Shown: one piece after another, positions 10,031 to 20,271 of the stretch
Layout: each line of letters begins with the position of its first letter
Position numbering within the stretch: position 1 is the stretch's first letter
Origin: Clostridia bacterium
GTDB lineage: Bacteria; Bacillota; Clostridia; Oscillospirales; CAG-272
Length of the DNA stretch: 64,000 nt
NCBI GenBank assembly: GCA_017536635.1
Contig: JAFXHA010000070.1
Location: 5,826-69,825, forward strand
Direction of reading: 5' to 3'
Notes under the pieces: model-generated
What the model was told of the DNA's origin: nothing
Seen by the model: the letters and a program-made list of their open reading frames with translations, nothing else
The model's database searches: none
Program-made: the position numbers and the translations under genes

Positions 10031-10726
10031 ATGTTAGAATGCTTGAATTTTTTAAGAGGAGCTAATCTTGATTGGATATCGGTTACCGTCAGACTTGCTC
10101 TTGCGGTAATATGCGGTGGATTTATTGGTATAGAACGCGAGAGAAAGCGCCGCCCCGCAGGCTTCCGTACGCATATACTTATTTGCTTGGGTGCGGCTAT
10201 GGCAACACTAACCAGCCAATTTCTCGTGCTTGAGATTGGGCTTTATACTGATATGGCGCGCCTTGGCGCGCAGGTCATCGCCGGCATTGGCTTTATCGGC
10301 GCGGGAACGATAATCATCACAAAGCGCCGTCAGGTCAAGGGGCTCACAACTGCGGCAGGTCTTTGGACGGCGGCAATAGTCGGACTTTGCTGCGGCGCAG
10401 GATATTTCGAGGGCGCGGTAATAACGACTCTTGTGGTAATCCTTGCCGAGCTCGTTTTCGCAAGGCTTGAATATTATCTTTTGTCAAATGCGCGTGCATT
10501 TAATATTTTCGTTGAATATTCGGAGAGCGGAAAGCTTGGAAACATAGTTGATACGATAAAGAAAAAGGGCGCGTACATAATCGACCTTGAAATAACGAAA
10601 AACGCATCCGAGGGCAGAAACCCCTGCGCTACGTTTTCGATACAAACGCCAAGAAAGGTCTCGCGTCAGGCGCTTATGGAAGTTATCGCAAATCTCGACG
10701 GAGTAGTCTCAGTCGAGGAGCTTTAA
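10031..10726 (+). CDS. MgtC/SapB family membrane protein (tandem paralog)
   Basis: 231 aa with GIERERKRRPAGFRTH and GIGFIGAGTII motifs, colinear with the upstream gene. Confidence 0.8.
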   Translation: MLECLNFLRGANLDWISVTVRLALAVICGGFIGIERERKRRPAGFRTHILICLGAAMATLTSQFLVLEIGLYTDMARLGAQVIAGIGFIGAGTIIITKRRQVKGLTTAAGLWTAAIVGLCCGAGYFEGAVITTLVVILAELVFARLEYYLLSNARAFNIFVEYSESGKLGNIVDTIKKKGAYIIDLEITKNASEGRNPCATFSIQTPRKVSRQALMEVIANLDGVVSVEEL

Positions 10727-10742
10727 TTTAAATATGGACGTA

Positions 10743-10778
10743 TAAAAAATCCCAACAGAGAGCTGTTGGGATTTTTTT
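10743..10778. terminator. Bidirectional terminator between convergent mgtC-like and GH95 genes
   Basis: aaaaaatcccaacag-agag-ctgttgggattttttt. Confidence 0.75.
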
Positions 10779-10789
10779 GTTTTTTATAA

Positions 10790-13069
10790 TTATCTTTGAG
10801 AAACCTCTATCTTGCCGGCATCCTGATCCCAGACGATGTCCACCGTCTTGCCGCCGCGGGCGCGAAGTCCCTTTACAGAGCCTTTTCTCCAAGCCTTTGG
10901 AAGCGCGGGAAGAATTTTGAGCTCTCCGTCGCGTGTGGTCTGAAGCAGCATTTCGGCGATACCCGCGCAAGCGCCGTAGTTTCCGTCTATCTGAAAGGGT
11001 GGGTGCGCATCGAGCAGATTCAGATAGGTTCCTCCGCCGTTTCTGTAATTCAGATCGTCGCCGCGTTTGATATTATGTCCGCCGACAGCGCGGAGCTGTA
11101 TGTCAAGAAGCTTCAGCGCGCGATCTCCGTCGCCAAGCCTTGCCCATTGATTGATACGCCAGCCCATAGCCCAGCCCGTGCTTTGATCGCCTCTGCGCTC
11201 AAGCGAGATGCGGCACGCTTCTGCAAGCTCGGGAGTGCCCTCGGGAGTTATTTGCCTTGCGGGATGCAGAGCATACAGATGAGAGATGTGTCTGTGATGT
11301 ATCTCGTTTTCCGTAGGATTTTCTGCCCATTCGAGAAGCTCGCCATCCTTACCTGTTCCAAGCGGCTTGAGCCTCGGCAAAATAGTAGTCAGTTCCTTTG
11401 AAAGCTCGTCAATGCCGAGCACATCTTCCGCTTCGATGCATATTTCGAAAACGTCGCGGATTATCGCCTGAGTCATCGCCGTCGTAGCTGAGATCGGGCA
11501 TCTTATTCCGTCCTCTGTCAAAAAGCAATTCTCGGGAGAGGTTGAAGGCGCCATTATCAGCGTTCCGTCGCGATCCTCAACCAACGTATCGATATAGAAC
11601 TCGGCAGCCTTTTTGATGATAGGCAAGCCCTTTTCACTGAGCCACTGTTTATCCTGAGTATATTCGTAATACTCCCAGATATGTCTCATAAACCATCCCG
11701 AAGCAAGCGGCCAGAACGCAAAGACGGTACATCCTTTCCGGTGCGCTCCTACGGGTGTCGTCATTCTCCAAAGATCAGTATTGTGATGCGTGACGAATCC
11801 TCTCGCCCCATAATACTCTCGTGCGGTACGCTCACCGCTGACGGATATCTCATCTATCAGTCTGAGAAGCGGCTCATAGCATTCCGGAAGTCCTGTCATA
11901 AGCGTTGGCCAATAGTTCATTTCGGTGTTTATGTTGGTCGTATAATTGCTATTCCACGGCGGAATCAAATGATCGTTCCATATGCCCTGAAGGTTGGTCG
12001 CCTGAGTACCCTCACGCGATGCGGCTATCGTCAGATATCTGCCGAAATTGAAATAAAGCGTGTAAAGCGCGAGATCTTCTTTACCCTCGTCGTGCGCATA
12101 AAGTCGTTCATCGGTAGGAGCGAGCTTTTCATCGCCGCCTCCGAGGTCAAGCTCGACGCGGCCGTAAAGCTCACTGTGGTCGGCGATATGAGCAGCCTTG
12201 AGCTCCTCATAATCCTTCTCCTGTGCGGCGCGCAGCTCCTCAAGGCAGGGCTCAACGTAAGGCTTGCCTTGGATTACGGGATGCTTATCCCAACCGTTAA
12301 AGCTTGTGCGAACGTTGAAATAAATCACCGCACTGTCAGCCTTTTCCACACGCAGTCCACCTCGCAAAAGGCTTTTGTCTCCGTTCAGGGATACGCGCGC
12401 CTCGGCATAATAACCGATACCCTTGTCCTCATCGGATTCTCCGTATCTGACAACACCGCGCTCAGAATTCTTTGCCCCAAATTGACGGTCAAAGATCGGG
12501 CAGTTACCCTGTATAGACGTTGCGGTATTAGTTTTCTTAGATATAGCCTCAAGCGTAGGATCAAGAGACATTGAAAATGTAAGCGCACCCTCACGGTCTG
12601 CCGTGAGGCGCATAGCCATAATATTATCGGGATAGCTAACGAAGCACTCCCTCGTATAATGCACTCCGTTACAGTAGTACTCTACCGTATGAATGCCCGT
12701 GGAAATATCGAGCTCGCGGCGGTAGTTTTCCACCGAATCGCTATGCTCCATATCTATACGAAGCTCTCCGAGCGGCATATATACCTGCGACCAAAGATTT
12801 GTGAACTCGGTCTCTAAAAGCTTTTCAGCCTCTATGTATTTGCGATCGAGCGCAAGCTCGCGCGCTCTTTTGAACACCTCTGCGCCATTGGGATTTTCGT
12901 AAAACGTCGGCTTTCCGCTCCACATCGTATCTTCGTTGATTGATATTCTTTCGTGCGCCGCCCCACCGTATATCATAGCACCGATACGACCGTTGCCGAG
13001 AGGAAGAGCCTCGTTCCAATTCATAGCGCTCTGCCGATACCATAAGATATTTGTGCCGTTATTTTTCAT
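10790..13069 (-). CDS. Glycoside hydrolase family 95 (alpha-L-fucosidase-type)
   Basis: 759 aa with an N-terminal [31 protein letters not shown] region and a later NLQGIWN block typical of GH95. No signal peptide is visible. Confidence 0.8.
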   Translation of the reverse strand: MKNNGTNILWYRQSAMNWNEALPLGNGRIGAMIYGGAAHERISINEDTMWSGKPTFYENPNGAEVFKRARELALDRKYIEAEKLLETEFTNLWSQVYMPLGELRIDMEHSDSVENYRRELDISTGIHTVEYYCNGVHYTRECFVSYPDNIMAMRLTADREGALTFSMSLDPTLEAISKKTNTATSIQGNCPIFDRQFGAKNSERGVVRYGESDEDKGIGYYAEARVSLNGDKSLLRGGLRVEKADSAVIYFNVRTSFNGWDKHPVIQGKPYVEPCLEELRAAQEKDYEELKAAHIADHSELYGRVELDLGGGDEKLAPTDERLYAHDEGKEDLALYTLYFNFGRYLTIAASREGTQATNLQGIWNDHLIPPWNSNYTTNINTEMNYWPTLMTGLPECYEPLLRLIDEISVSGERTAREYYGARGFVTHHNTDLWRMTTPVGAHRKGCTVFAFWPLASGWFMRHIWEYYEYTQDKQWLSEKGLPIIKKAAEFYIDTLVEDRDGTLIMAPSTSPENCFLTEDGIRCPISATTAMTQAIIRDVFEICIEAEDVLGIDELSKELTTILPRLKPLGTGKDGELLEWAENPTENEIHHRHISHLYALHPARQITPEGTPELAEACRISLERRGDQSTGWAMGWRINQWARLGDGDRALKLLDIQLRAVGGHNIKRGDDLNYRNGGGTYLNLLDAHPPFQIDGNYGACAGIAEMLLQTTRDGELKILPALPKAWRKGSVKGLRARGGKTVDIVWDQDAGKIEVSQR

Positions 13070-13162
13070 ATTCTTCTCCTTTTGCGAGATAGTGATAAGT
13101 ATATTATAATTTTTAAAAAATCAAGATGCTATAATGTAAGTGTGATTTTTATTGTTTTGTAG

Positions 13163-13696
13163 TTACCTTTTGATTTCTTTATATACCGAGTAGGTTCCAA
13201 GCCTTCCGCTTTGCGATCTGCCTATAAGAAAGCGGTCTGCAACGAGTTTTTGCGGCAGGGAAGCGTCCTTTACAAGCTCAAAGGCATCGTTTATCTTGTC
13301 CGTATTGCCGTCCATAAAGAGCGTGGTATGGAACTTGTAGTCTGCATCGTATTCGTGAAGTCCGACGCCGTATTTGCTCAGCAAGAGCTCGTTGAGATCG
13401 TCGTGTATTTTGTTGAGCCTCTCGCTCTCGCGCATTCGCACCCAAATGATGACCTGCTCATTTTCAATACCCTTTATATCTATTTCAAAGGGCTCGATAG
13501 TGGCGTAATAGCTTTCAATATCGGCAACCACCTCGTCAAATTTACCGTCATCAACGTAAAACGACATCTTCAGCGAAATATGAAATGGAAGCGTGTAGCA
13601 GAAATTTTCAAATTCAAGTTTTTTGTTGACCTCATACGCTCTGTCTCTGACCTCTCTGAGCTGCTCGTCAACGTTTATTCCTAACCAAATATACAT
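13163..13696 (-). CDS. 2H phosphoesterase superfamily protein (LigT/2'-5' RNA ligase-like)
   Basis: 177 aa with two H-x-(S/T)-x motifs in the expected spacing (PFHISLKM and KFHTTLFM). Confidence 0.6.
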   Translation of the reverse strand: MYIWLGINVDEQLREVRDRAYEVNKKLEFENFCYTLPFHISLKMSFYVDDGKFDEVVADIESYYATIEPFEIDIKGIENEQVIIWVRMRESERLNKIHDDLNELLLSKYGVGLHEYDADYKFHTTLFMDGNTDKINDAFELVKDASLPQKLVADRFLIGRSQSGRLGTYSVYKEIKR

Positions 13697-13785
13697 AAGT
13701 ACCTCTCAAATCTTTATATTTCGATTATAACACAAATTCGGCAGAGACGCAATATCTCTGCCGAATTATCGGATTTTATTTTGAG

Positions 13786-14475
13786 TTATTTTAATGCCGT
13801 AAGCGAGTTGAATATGTTGGTAACCAATGCAGGGTCAGATACCCCTTCGGTTACCGTAACGAAGTAGGTTTTATTGCCCACGTTAGTTAGATACATAGTT
13901 TGCTTCATGGTGTTTCCCGACATTGTGTTATTGAAAGATATTTTTGTTATCTTCAAACCATTATCATTAGAAGTTTGCGATACGCTTGCGTTTGATATAG
14001 ACATACCCATATTTTCATACATCGGCTTCATCTCGCTGTTGAAGGCCTGGATGGTCAGTTTCTCATAATAATCTGTCTTTGCTTGGTATGCAAGTGTCAT
14101 ATTATTACCGTTCTTTGTTCCGCTAAATATGGTTACGCTTCCCTCGGTAACAGTCCAATCGGAAGGATACGCAACGGAAATGTCGCCGTTGCTATACGTT
14201 TTATATCCTTGCGGAGCATCGGGCTCAGCTTTAACGGTAGTTTCCGCCGTGGTTTCCGCGGTCGTCTCTGCCGAAGTATTCGCGGTAGTTTCAGCACTTG
14301 TTGCGGCGCTTGTCGTCGCACTCGTCTCGACGGTAGTCGTTTCAACAGTGGTCTCAACAGTAGTTTCTGCCGAGGTGTCAATGCTTTCCGTTCCGTTATC
14401 GCAAGACATTATAACAAAAGACATCAATATCATAACAATGCACAAGGAAAAAGCTAAAAATTTCTTCATATTCAC
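13786..14475 (-). CDS. Lipoprotein with Thr/Glu/Ala-rich linker
   Basis: 229 aa with lipobox IMSCDNG, an (ETTA/ETTV)n low-complexity linker of about 55 aa, then a globular domain. Confidence 0.6.
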   Translation of the reverse strand: MNMKKFLAFSLCIVMILMSFVIMSCDNGTESIDTSAETTVETTVETTTVETSATTSAATSAETTANTSAETTAETTAETTVKAEPDAPQGYKTYSNGDISVAYPSDWTVTEGSVTIFSGTKNGNNMTLAYQAKTDYYEKLTIQAFNSEMKPMYENMGMSISNASVSQTSNDNGLKITKISFNNTMSGNTMKQTMYLTNVGNKTYFVTVTEGVSDPALVTNIFNSLTALK

Positions 14476-14546
14476 TCTCCTTAAAAGATTTTGTTTTTGT
14501 TATTATATCACAGAAGCATTGACCAATGGTTAACAAGTTGTGAATT

Positions 14547-15239
14547 TCAGGCACCTTGCAGCTCTTTTACTATTCTGTCGATCTCCTTTATAAAGGTATC
14601 CGTTTCGACGTTGTCCTGTGCGGTTATAATTATGGGCTCGCCGCTTGCGGTCTCTATTACGAGGTTGATATTCTTTGCGCGGAAAAGCTTTTTGCCAAAG
14701 GTGATATCCTCGGTGCTCTCTACTGTTTCGATTTTTTTGATGTCGGCATACGGTATCTCCTGCTCCGTGTCCTGATGATCGTGCTCGGCGATAAGAAGCG
14801 TGCGATGACGAACAAGGATCGCCGTGTCAAGCGGGTAGAGAACTGTTTTTGAATATACCGACGAATTCAAGGATCCTTTTTTGGTCTTTTTAACCATAAC
14901 GTCCGCGTTGAACACGAATCCGCTTGCCACAAGGGGATAGGGGAGTGAGCGAAGCCTCTTTTTCAGCGCCTTTTCCTCTACGTCTATTTCGCACGCGCCG
15001 TCGGTGTTCTTGGCAATATATTCTGATATTTCCGCTTCGCTCACACGTCCCGACGAGCCGACGATAAAGAGCACGAGCCCGACGACGAGTCCTATGCAGG
15101 AAATGATGTAGCCGATATAAGTCCTGCCGAGGAAAAATTCCACGCCCGAGGCTATCAGGATGATTATACCTGCTATTTTGAGCGTTTCGGTCTTTGTGAA
15201 GTAATTTGCATTGGTTTTTGTCTTTTTGTTGTCTTTCAT
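14547..15239 (-). CDS. Membrane protein, unknown function
   Basis: 230 aa with two N-terminal TM helices followed by a soluble domain. Confidence 0.5.
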   Translation of the reverse strand: MKDNKKTKTNANYFTKTETLKIAGIIILIASGVEFFLGRTYIGYIISCIGLVVGLVLFIVGSSGRVSEAEISEYIAKNTDGACEIDVEEKALKKRLRSLPYPLVASGFVFNADVMVKKTKKGSLNSSVYSKTVLYPLDTAILVRHRTLLIAEHDHQDTEQEIPYADIKKIETVESTEDITFGKKLFRAKNINLVIETASGEPIIITAQDNVETDTFIKEIDRIVKELQGA

Positions 15240-15419
15240 GGCGATTCTCCTTTGAGTGTTCTATATATATAGTGTCAAATTTCTCAAAAAGGTTTGAGCT
15301 TTACATAAAAATTATAAAATATTTTTCCGGGAGAGTCAATAAACTTGTAGTTTAGCGTACTATCGCATTAGTTGAGAGGAGAAGCCTAATTTACATTTGT
15401 GCTCGAAGCGGCGGATAAA

Positions 15420-15450
15420 CAAAAAAGCAGACAGGCACCGCCTGTCTGCT
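15420..15450 (-). terminator. Terminator of the aspS-gatCAB operon
   Basis: The minus strand reads gcagacaggcggtgcctgtctgctttttt directly after the gatB stop. Confidence 0.75.
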
Positions 15451-15460
15451 TTGAATTTAA

Positions 15461-16903
15461 TTACATATTGTTGATAGTGTCGATGAGGATCTTACGGAGT
15501 ACCTGCGGATCGCAGTTGCCGCGAAGCTCCTTCATACACTTTCCAAAGATGGACATTATAGCCTTTTCCTTGCCACTCTTATAGTCGCTGACTGCCTTGG
15601 GATCAGCCTCGATAGCCGCCTTGACCGTCTTTTCTATAAGTCCCGTATCGTTGGAAACGATAAAGCCGTTAGCCTCTGCGTACTTTTCGGGCAGGATCGT
15701 GTTGTCATCAAACATAGCCGCGAGGATCTTCTTGCCGTTTGCGCGTCCGACCTTGCCGCTCGAAACGAGAACTATAAGCTCGCCGAGCGCACGTCCGTTG
15801 ATGTCGAGCATATCGTAGGTCATCTTGCGCGCGTTGAGAATGCTCATAACCTCGGAGATCATCCAGTTTGCCGCATCCTTTGCGCTGCCGCAGGCCTCGT
15901 ACGCCGTCTCAAAGCACTCGCAGAGCGCGATGCTCTTGGTGAGCTGATCGGCGTCGTATTCGCCAAGACCCAGCTCCTCGGTGTATCTTGCCTTTTTAAC
16001 CTCAGGGAATTCGGGAAGGGTAGCGCTGATAGACTCGAACCACTCGTCGTCAATGACTACGGGCATTACGTTGGGATCGGGGAAGTAGCGGTAATCGCCC
16101 GCGGTTTCCTTAGTTCTCATCGCAAAGCTCTTGCCCTTGATGTCGTCCCAGCGTCTCGTTTCCTGAACGAGAACCTCGGTTCCGTTTTCAAGTGCGTCGA
16201 TATGTCTTGCAGTTTCGTACTCGATTGCGCGCTTGATAGCCTCTACCGAGTTCATATTCTTCATCTCGGTACGAACGCCGAGCTTGTCGCTTCCCTCGGG
16301 GCGAACCGAAAGGTTTACGTCGCAGCGCATCGTTCCGTGTGCCATCTCGCACTCGGCGACCTTTGCGTAGCGGAGAAGCATCTTGAGTCTCTCAAGATAA
16401 GCCTCTACCTCTTCCGCGCTTGAAAGGTCGGGCTGGCTGACTATCTCGATCAGCGGAACGCTTGTACGGTTGAAGTCAACGTGCGTTGTATCCTCGCGGA
16501 TATCGTGCACGAGCTTACCTGCGTCCTCTTCCATGTGTATCTGCTTGATACGAACGTTTTTCTTACCCTTAGAGGTCTCGATCTCAACAAGACCGTTTAC
16601 CGCAACGGGAGCAAACCACTGAGTAGTCTGATATGCCGCGGGCAGATCGGGGTAGTAATAGCTTTTTTTATCAAAGGTAGTAGTGCGGTTGATGTGGCAG
16701 TTCAGCATAAGGCCCGCCTTCATACCGTAGTCGACCACGCGTCTGTTTACAACAGGGAGCATACCGGGCATACCGCAGCAAGCGGGGCATACGTGATCGT
16801 TAGGCTCTGCTCCGAAGGAATGTGCCGAGCAGGAGCAGAATATTTTGGATTTGGTCGCGAGCTCAACGTGGACCTCGAGACCGATGACAGTTTCATATCT
16901 CAT
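15461..16903 (-). CDS. gatB: Asp-tRNA(Asn)/Glu-tRNA(Gln) amidotransferase subunit B
   Basis: 480 aa, MRYETVIGLEVHVELATKSKIFC..., full-length canonical GatB. RBS aaggaggg. Confidence 0.95.
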   Translation of the reverse strand: MRYETVIGLEVHVELATKSKIFCSCSAHSFGAEPNDHVCPACCGMPGMLPVVNRRVVDYGMKAGLMLNCHINRTTTFDKKSYYYPDLPAAYQTTQWFAPVAVNGLVEIETSKGKKNVRIKQIHMEEDAGKLVHDIREDTTHVDFNRTSVPLIEIVSQPDLSSAEEVEAYLERLKMLLRYAKVAECEMAHGTMRCDVNLSVRPEGSDKLGVRTEMKNMNSVEAIKRAIEYETARHIDALENGTEVLVQETRRWDDIKGKSFAMRTKETAGDYRYFPDPNVMPVVIDDEWFESISATLPEFPEVKKARYTEELGLGEYDADQLTKSIALCECFETAYEACGSAKDAANWMISEVMSILNARKMTYDMLDINGRALGELIVLVSSGKVGRANGKKILAAMFDDNTILPEKYAEANGFIVSNDTGLIEKTVKAAIEADPKAVSDYKSGKEKAIMSIFGKCMKELRGNCDPQVLRKILIDTINNM

Positions 16904-16905
16904 AG

Positions 16906-18099
16906 TTATTTGCCCTCCTTCTCACATGTTTTTGCAAGGTCAAGAAGCGCCATTTCCGAGAAGGATCTGCCAACCATCTGCGCGCCGCCGAATACTACTG
17001 CGGGAAGTCCCGTGATCGATGCGGGAGCGGTATAGAAGTTCTCCTCGAAAACAAGGTATTTGTTTTCCTTTATATCTGCCTCGGTATATGCAAGTGCCGA
17101 GCAAGCGGGCATAAGGATCGCATCAAAGCTCTCAAATATTTTTGCGAACGCCTCGACTATCACTCTGCGGATGCGGAGCGCTTTGTCGTATACCTTCATG
17201 TAGTTGTCGGTCGAAAGTGTTTCCGAGCCAAAGAGAATGGTCGACTTGAGAAGCTCGCCAAAGGCTTCGGTGCGGCTGTTGGTGTAGAGCTCGTCAATAT
17301 TCGAAAAGCTCTGTGCACGGTAGCCGTACTTTACGCCGTCATAGCGCGAAACGTTGTTGCAGAGCTCTGCGCTCATAAGGATATTCCACGCAACTCTTGC
17401 TGTGGGGATCACTTCATTATCTATTTCGCATACTTCAACTCCGTTAGCGGTGAGAGCCGCCTTGACAGAGTCGAGCTTTGCGAGCACGTCTGCATCGGCA
17501 CCCTTTGTCATAGAGGTGAGAATGGCGACGCGGCGGATAGCGGGTGCGCTCTTTACCTTCTCGCAGGAAGCGGTGGGAAGGCTTGTGCCGTCCTTGTCAT
17601 CGTGGCCTGCGATCGCATCAAGGATCTCTCGGCAGCTATCAGCTGTCGTCGACGTAACGCTGACCGTCTCTCCCGAGCAAGCAACGGGAACCGTGCCGTA
17701 GCGCGATACGGTGCCGTAGGTAGGCTTTATGCTGACAAGTCCGTTCTGCGCGGCAGCGCGGCGAGTCGAGCCGTTGACGTCCATATTCAAGGTTGCCATA
17801 GCCTCACCTGCCTTGAGTATCTCGGCAGATGCGGTGGTCAGCTTGCCGTCAGAGATAACGGCGCCGTTGTAAGAGGTCTCGCCGATAAGATCGAACGCGA
17901 ACTCTCCTACGTCTGCCTTGCCGCCGAGCACGTAGCCCTTGTCGGAAAGGCGTGTGAGCACCTCGGCGTCAAAAAGGCTCATATAGCCGTCAAGCATCTT
18001 CGAGCCTGCCGCCGTGGGCATATCTTTTGTAAGGAACATATCGTCGGCAACGACAACGCGTGCCGAATCGGTATCTACTTTTGAAGTGTAAATTTTCAT
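16906..18099 (-). CDS. gatA: GatA-like amidotransferase subunit A, short and divergent (amidase signature degenerate)
   Basis: 397 aa located between gatC and gatB with a good RBS (ggagg). Homology is clear in KPTYGTVSRYG, AGHDDKDGTS and SRYDGVKYGY. The Gly/Ser-rich GGSSGGS block is replaced by DGKLTTAS, and about 60 N-terminal residues are absent (see findings). Confidence 0.75.
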   Translation of the reverse strand: MKIYTSKVDTDSARVVVADDMFLTKDMPTAAGSKMLDGYMSLFDAEVLTRLSDKGYVLGGKADVGEFAFDLIGETSYNGAVISDGKLTTASAEILKAGEAMATLNMDVNGSTRRAAAQNGLVSIKPTYGTVSRYGTVPVACSGETVSVTSTTADSCREILDAIAGHDDKDGTSLPTASCEKVKSAPAIRRVAILTSMTKGADADVLAKLDSVKAALTANGVEVCEIDNEVIPTARVAWNILMSAELCNNVSRYDGVKYGYRAQSFSNIDELYTNSRTEAFGELLKSTILFGSETLSTDNYMKVYDKALRIRRVIVEAFAKIFESFDAILMPACSALAYTEADIKENKYLVFEENFYTAPASITGLPAVVFGGAQMVGRSFSEMALLDLAKTCEKEGK

Positions 18100-18115
18100 T
18101 TGCGTACCTCCTCGA

Positions 18116-18397
18116 TCATTCTACTACACGGGGAACGCACCAATATCCCTCGTCGGTCTCGGGAGCACCCTGCTGGAGCGCTTCGCGAGAGAAGGTCTTG
18201 ATGATCACGTCATCGCGGACGACGGTCATTATGGGCATTACGTGTACCATTCTTTCGGTGTCGGAGGTGTCTATTGCTTCAAGAGTCTTAAGCTCTGCGT
18301 CTCTTGCGGCAAAGAAGGCGATAACGTCCTCCTTCTGTGCATCGGTGAGACTGAGCTGGTTTAACATCTCAAGTCTTCTGAGCGTATCTCTTTCCAT
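18116..18397 (-). CDS. gatC: Asp-tRNA(Asn)/Glu-tRNA(Gln) amidotransferase subunit C
   Basis: 93 aa with operon position and GatC-like sequence (LSLTDAQKEDV...MVHVMP...R.D). RBS aaggag. Confidence 0.85.
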   Translation of the reverse strand: MERDTLRRLEMLNQLSLTDAQKEDVIAFFAARDAELKTLEAIDTSDTERMVHVMPIMTVVRDDVIIKTFSREALQQGAPETDEGYWCVPRVVE

Positions 18398-18427
18398 ATA
18401 ATAAACTCCTTTAAAATTTCGTAAGAT

Positions 18428-20203
18428 TTAGTCTCTTACTTTGATGTGGACCTCACGGAGCTGCTGCTCGGTAACTTCGCCGGGAGCGCCCATCATAAGA
18501 TCCTGTGCATTTCCGTTGAGCGGGAACGCGATAACGTCGCGGATAGTCTCCTCTCCTGCGATGAGCATTATCATTCTGTCAACGCCGGGAGCCATTCCTG
18601 CGTGAGGAGGCGCACCGTAAGCAAACGCGGTGTAAAGCGCGCCGAACTTAGCCTTGAGATCTGCCTCGCCGTAGCCTGCGATCTCAAACGCCTTTCTCAT
18701 TATTTCGGGATTGTGGTTACGAACCGCACCCGAGGAGAGCTCTACGCCGTTACATACGATGTCGTACTGATAAGCAAAGATTTCAAGCGGATCCTTGTTC
18801 ATAAGAGCGTCCATACCGCCCTGAGGCATAGAGAAGGGATTATGGGTAAAGTCTATCTTGTTTGTTTCGGGATTGAGCTCGTACATCGGGAAATCAACTA
18901 TAAAGCAGAACTCAAAGGAATCGTCCTTTACAAGTCCGAGCTCGGTGCCTATCCAGGTTCTCATCTCGCCCGCAAGCTTGTTGATAACAGAAGCGCTGTC
19001 GCTGATGAAGAAGAGCGAATCTCCTTCCTTGATTCCGCAAAGCTCGCAGAGCTCAGCCTTCTGCTCGTCGGTAAGGAACTTCGCGATCGGGCCCTTGAAC
19101 TCTCCGCCCTCAAGCGTGATGTATCCGCAGCCGAATTTCATTCCGATGCTTCTGGAATAAGCGTCGATAGCCTTTTCGAACGCCTTCTTTCCGTCTCCCT
19201 CGCCGTCCTTCTTTACAAGGTAGTTAGCAACGATACCGCGAACGAGCTTGTTCTTGAAGGGAACGGTTCTGCCGTTGACGGTGAGGAATTCGTGCTTTGC
19301 GAAGAAGTCGGTGAGATCCTCAATGATGAGAGGGTTGCGAAGGTCGGGCTTATCGGAGCCGTACTTGAGCATAGCATCAGCAAAGGTGATGCGACGGAAG
19401 GGGGGCTTGGAAACCTTTTTGTCCGAGAATTCCTTGAAGGTGTTATAAACTACCGTCTCGGCAACCTCGAATACGTCCTCCTGCGTTGCAAAGGACATCT
19501 CAAAGTCGAGCTGATAAAATTCTCCGGGCGAACGGTCCTGACGCGCGTCCTCGTCTCTGAAGCAGGGAGCTATCTGGAAGTAACGGTCAAAGCCCGAAGC
19601 CATCAGAAGCTGCTTGAACTGCTGGGGAGCCTGGGGAAGCGCGTAAAATTTGCCCTTGTGCTTACGGCTGGGCACGAGATAGTCGCGCGCACCCTCGGGA
19701 GAGGAAGCCGTAAGGATAGGAGTCTGTATCTCCATAAATCCGAGGTCCTCCATCTGACGACGCAGATAGCTGAGGATCTTGGAGCGGAGAACTATATTAT
19801 CGTGTATCTTGCGATTTCGAAGGTCGAGGTATCTGTATTTAAGTCTTACCTCTTCTCTGGTCTGGGTGGAAGCATCGATCTCAAAGGGAAGTCCGAGCTG
19901 ACAGGGACCGAGCACCTCGATCTTGCTTGCGCGCACCTCGATGAGTCCGGTAGCGATCTTGGGGTTTACGGTGTCCTCGTCTCTCTTGGTAACCGTTCCT
20001 TCAACTAAAATGACGGTCTCCTTGGACATTCCGGCGATCATAGAGTCGTCGGAAAATACGATCTGTGTTACTCCGTAGTGGTCGCGAAGGTCAACGAAAA
20101 GTACGCCTCCGTGGTCGCGGACGGTGTCCATCCAACCGGTAAGCGTTACGCTCTGACCGATATGCTCGGTGCTGAGCTCGTTGCAGGTATGTGTTCTCAA
20201 CAT
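18428..20203 (-). CDS. aspS: Aspartate--tRNA ligase (bacterial type; probably non-discriminating given the gatCAB context)
   Basis: Canonical AspRS sequence (MLRTHTCNEL..., FRDED.R.DR.PEF.Q.D.E, GAPPHAG.A.G.DR). I moved the start to the ATG at 20203, which has ggagg 8 nt upstream. The track start at 20218 is a TTG. Confidence 0.95.
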   Translation of the reverse strand: MLRTHTCNELSTEHIGQSVTLTGWMDTVRDHGGVLFVDLRDHYGVTQIVFSDDSMIAGMSKETVILVEGTVTKRDEDTVNPKIATGLIEVRASKIEVLGPCQLGLPFEIDASTQTREEVRLKYRYLDLRNRKIHDNIVLRSKILSYLRRQMEDLGFMEIQTPILTASSPEGARDYLVPSRKHKGKFYALPQAPQQFKQLLMASGFDRYFQIAPCFRDEDARQDRSPGEFYQLDFEMSFATQEDVFEVAETVVYNTFKEFSDKKVSKPPFRRITFADAMLKYGSDKPDLRNPLIIEDLTDFFAKHEFLTVNGRTVPFKNKLVRGIVANYLVKKDGEGDGKKAFEKAIDAYSRSIGMKFGCGYITLEGGEFKGPIAKFLTDEQKAELCELCGIKEGDSLFFISDSASVINKLAGEMRTWIGTELGLVKDDSFEFCFIVDFPMYELNPETNKIDFTHNPFSMPQGGMDALMNKDPLEIFAYQYDIVCNGVELSSGAVRNHNPEIMRKAFEIAGYGEADLKAKFGALYTAFAYGAPPHAGMAPGVDRMIMLIAGEETIRDVIAFPLNGNAQDLMMGAPGEVTEQQLREVHIKVRD

Positions 20204-20271
20204 AATTTTTTCCTCCAAAATTTATATGATATTATATTATCCTGATTTAATGATAATCGATTCAGGCGGAC

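Noticed and set aside
9316-10726. Tandem MgtC paralogs as an unusual feature, or a Mg2+ riboswitch upstream.
   Set aside because: Tandem MgtC/SapB pairs are common. The upstream leader (9180-9315) is short and shows none of the M-box features I can recognise by eye.
13163-13696. The 2H phosphoesterase as part of a defence or RNA-repair system.
   Set aside because: It has no partner genes (kinase, ligase, nuclease, cyclase) and is flanked by a GH95 gene and a lipoprotein gene. It appears to be a stand-alone gene.
14220-14400. Imperfect 12-nt periodic DNA repeat.
   Set aside because: It simply encodes the (ETTA/ETTV)n low-complexity linker of the 13786..14475 lipoprotein. The repeat units are degenerate, so it is not a regulatory tandem repeat, although its length could vary between strains.
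18446-20008. 520-aa plus-strand ORF. Similar long antisense ORFs occur at 20598..21920, 40915..42279, 37835..38848, 43720..44574, 11681..12574 and 36542..37156.
   Set aside because: Each lies entirely antisense to a gene with clear family signatures (aspS, Gfo/Idh/MocA, pfk, the giant protein, GH95). The translations are low-complexity or Arg/Leu/Ser-rich with no recognisable motifs and no RBS. They are typical shadow ORFs.
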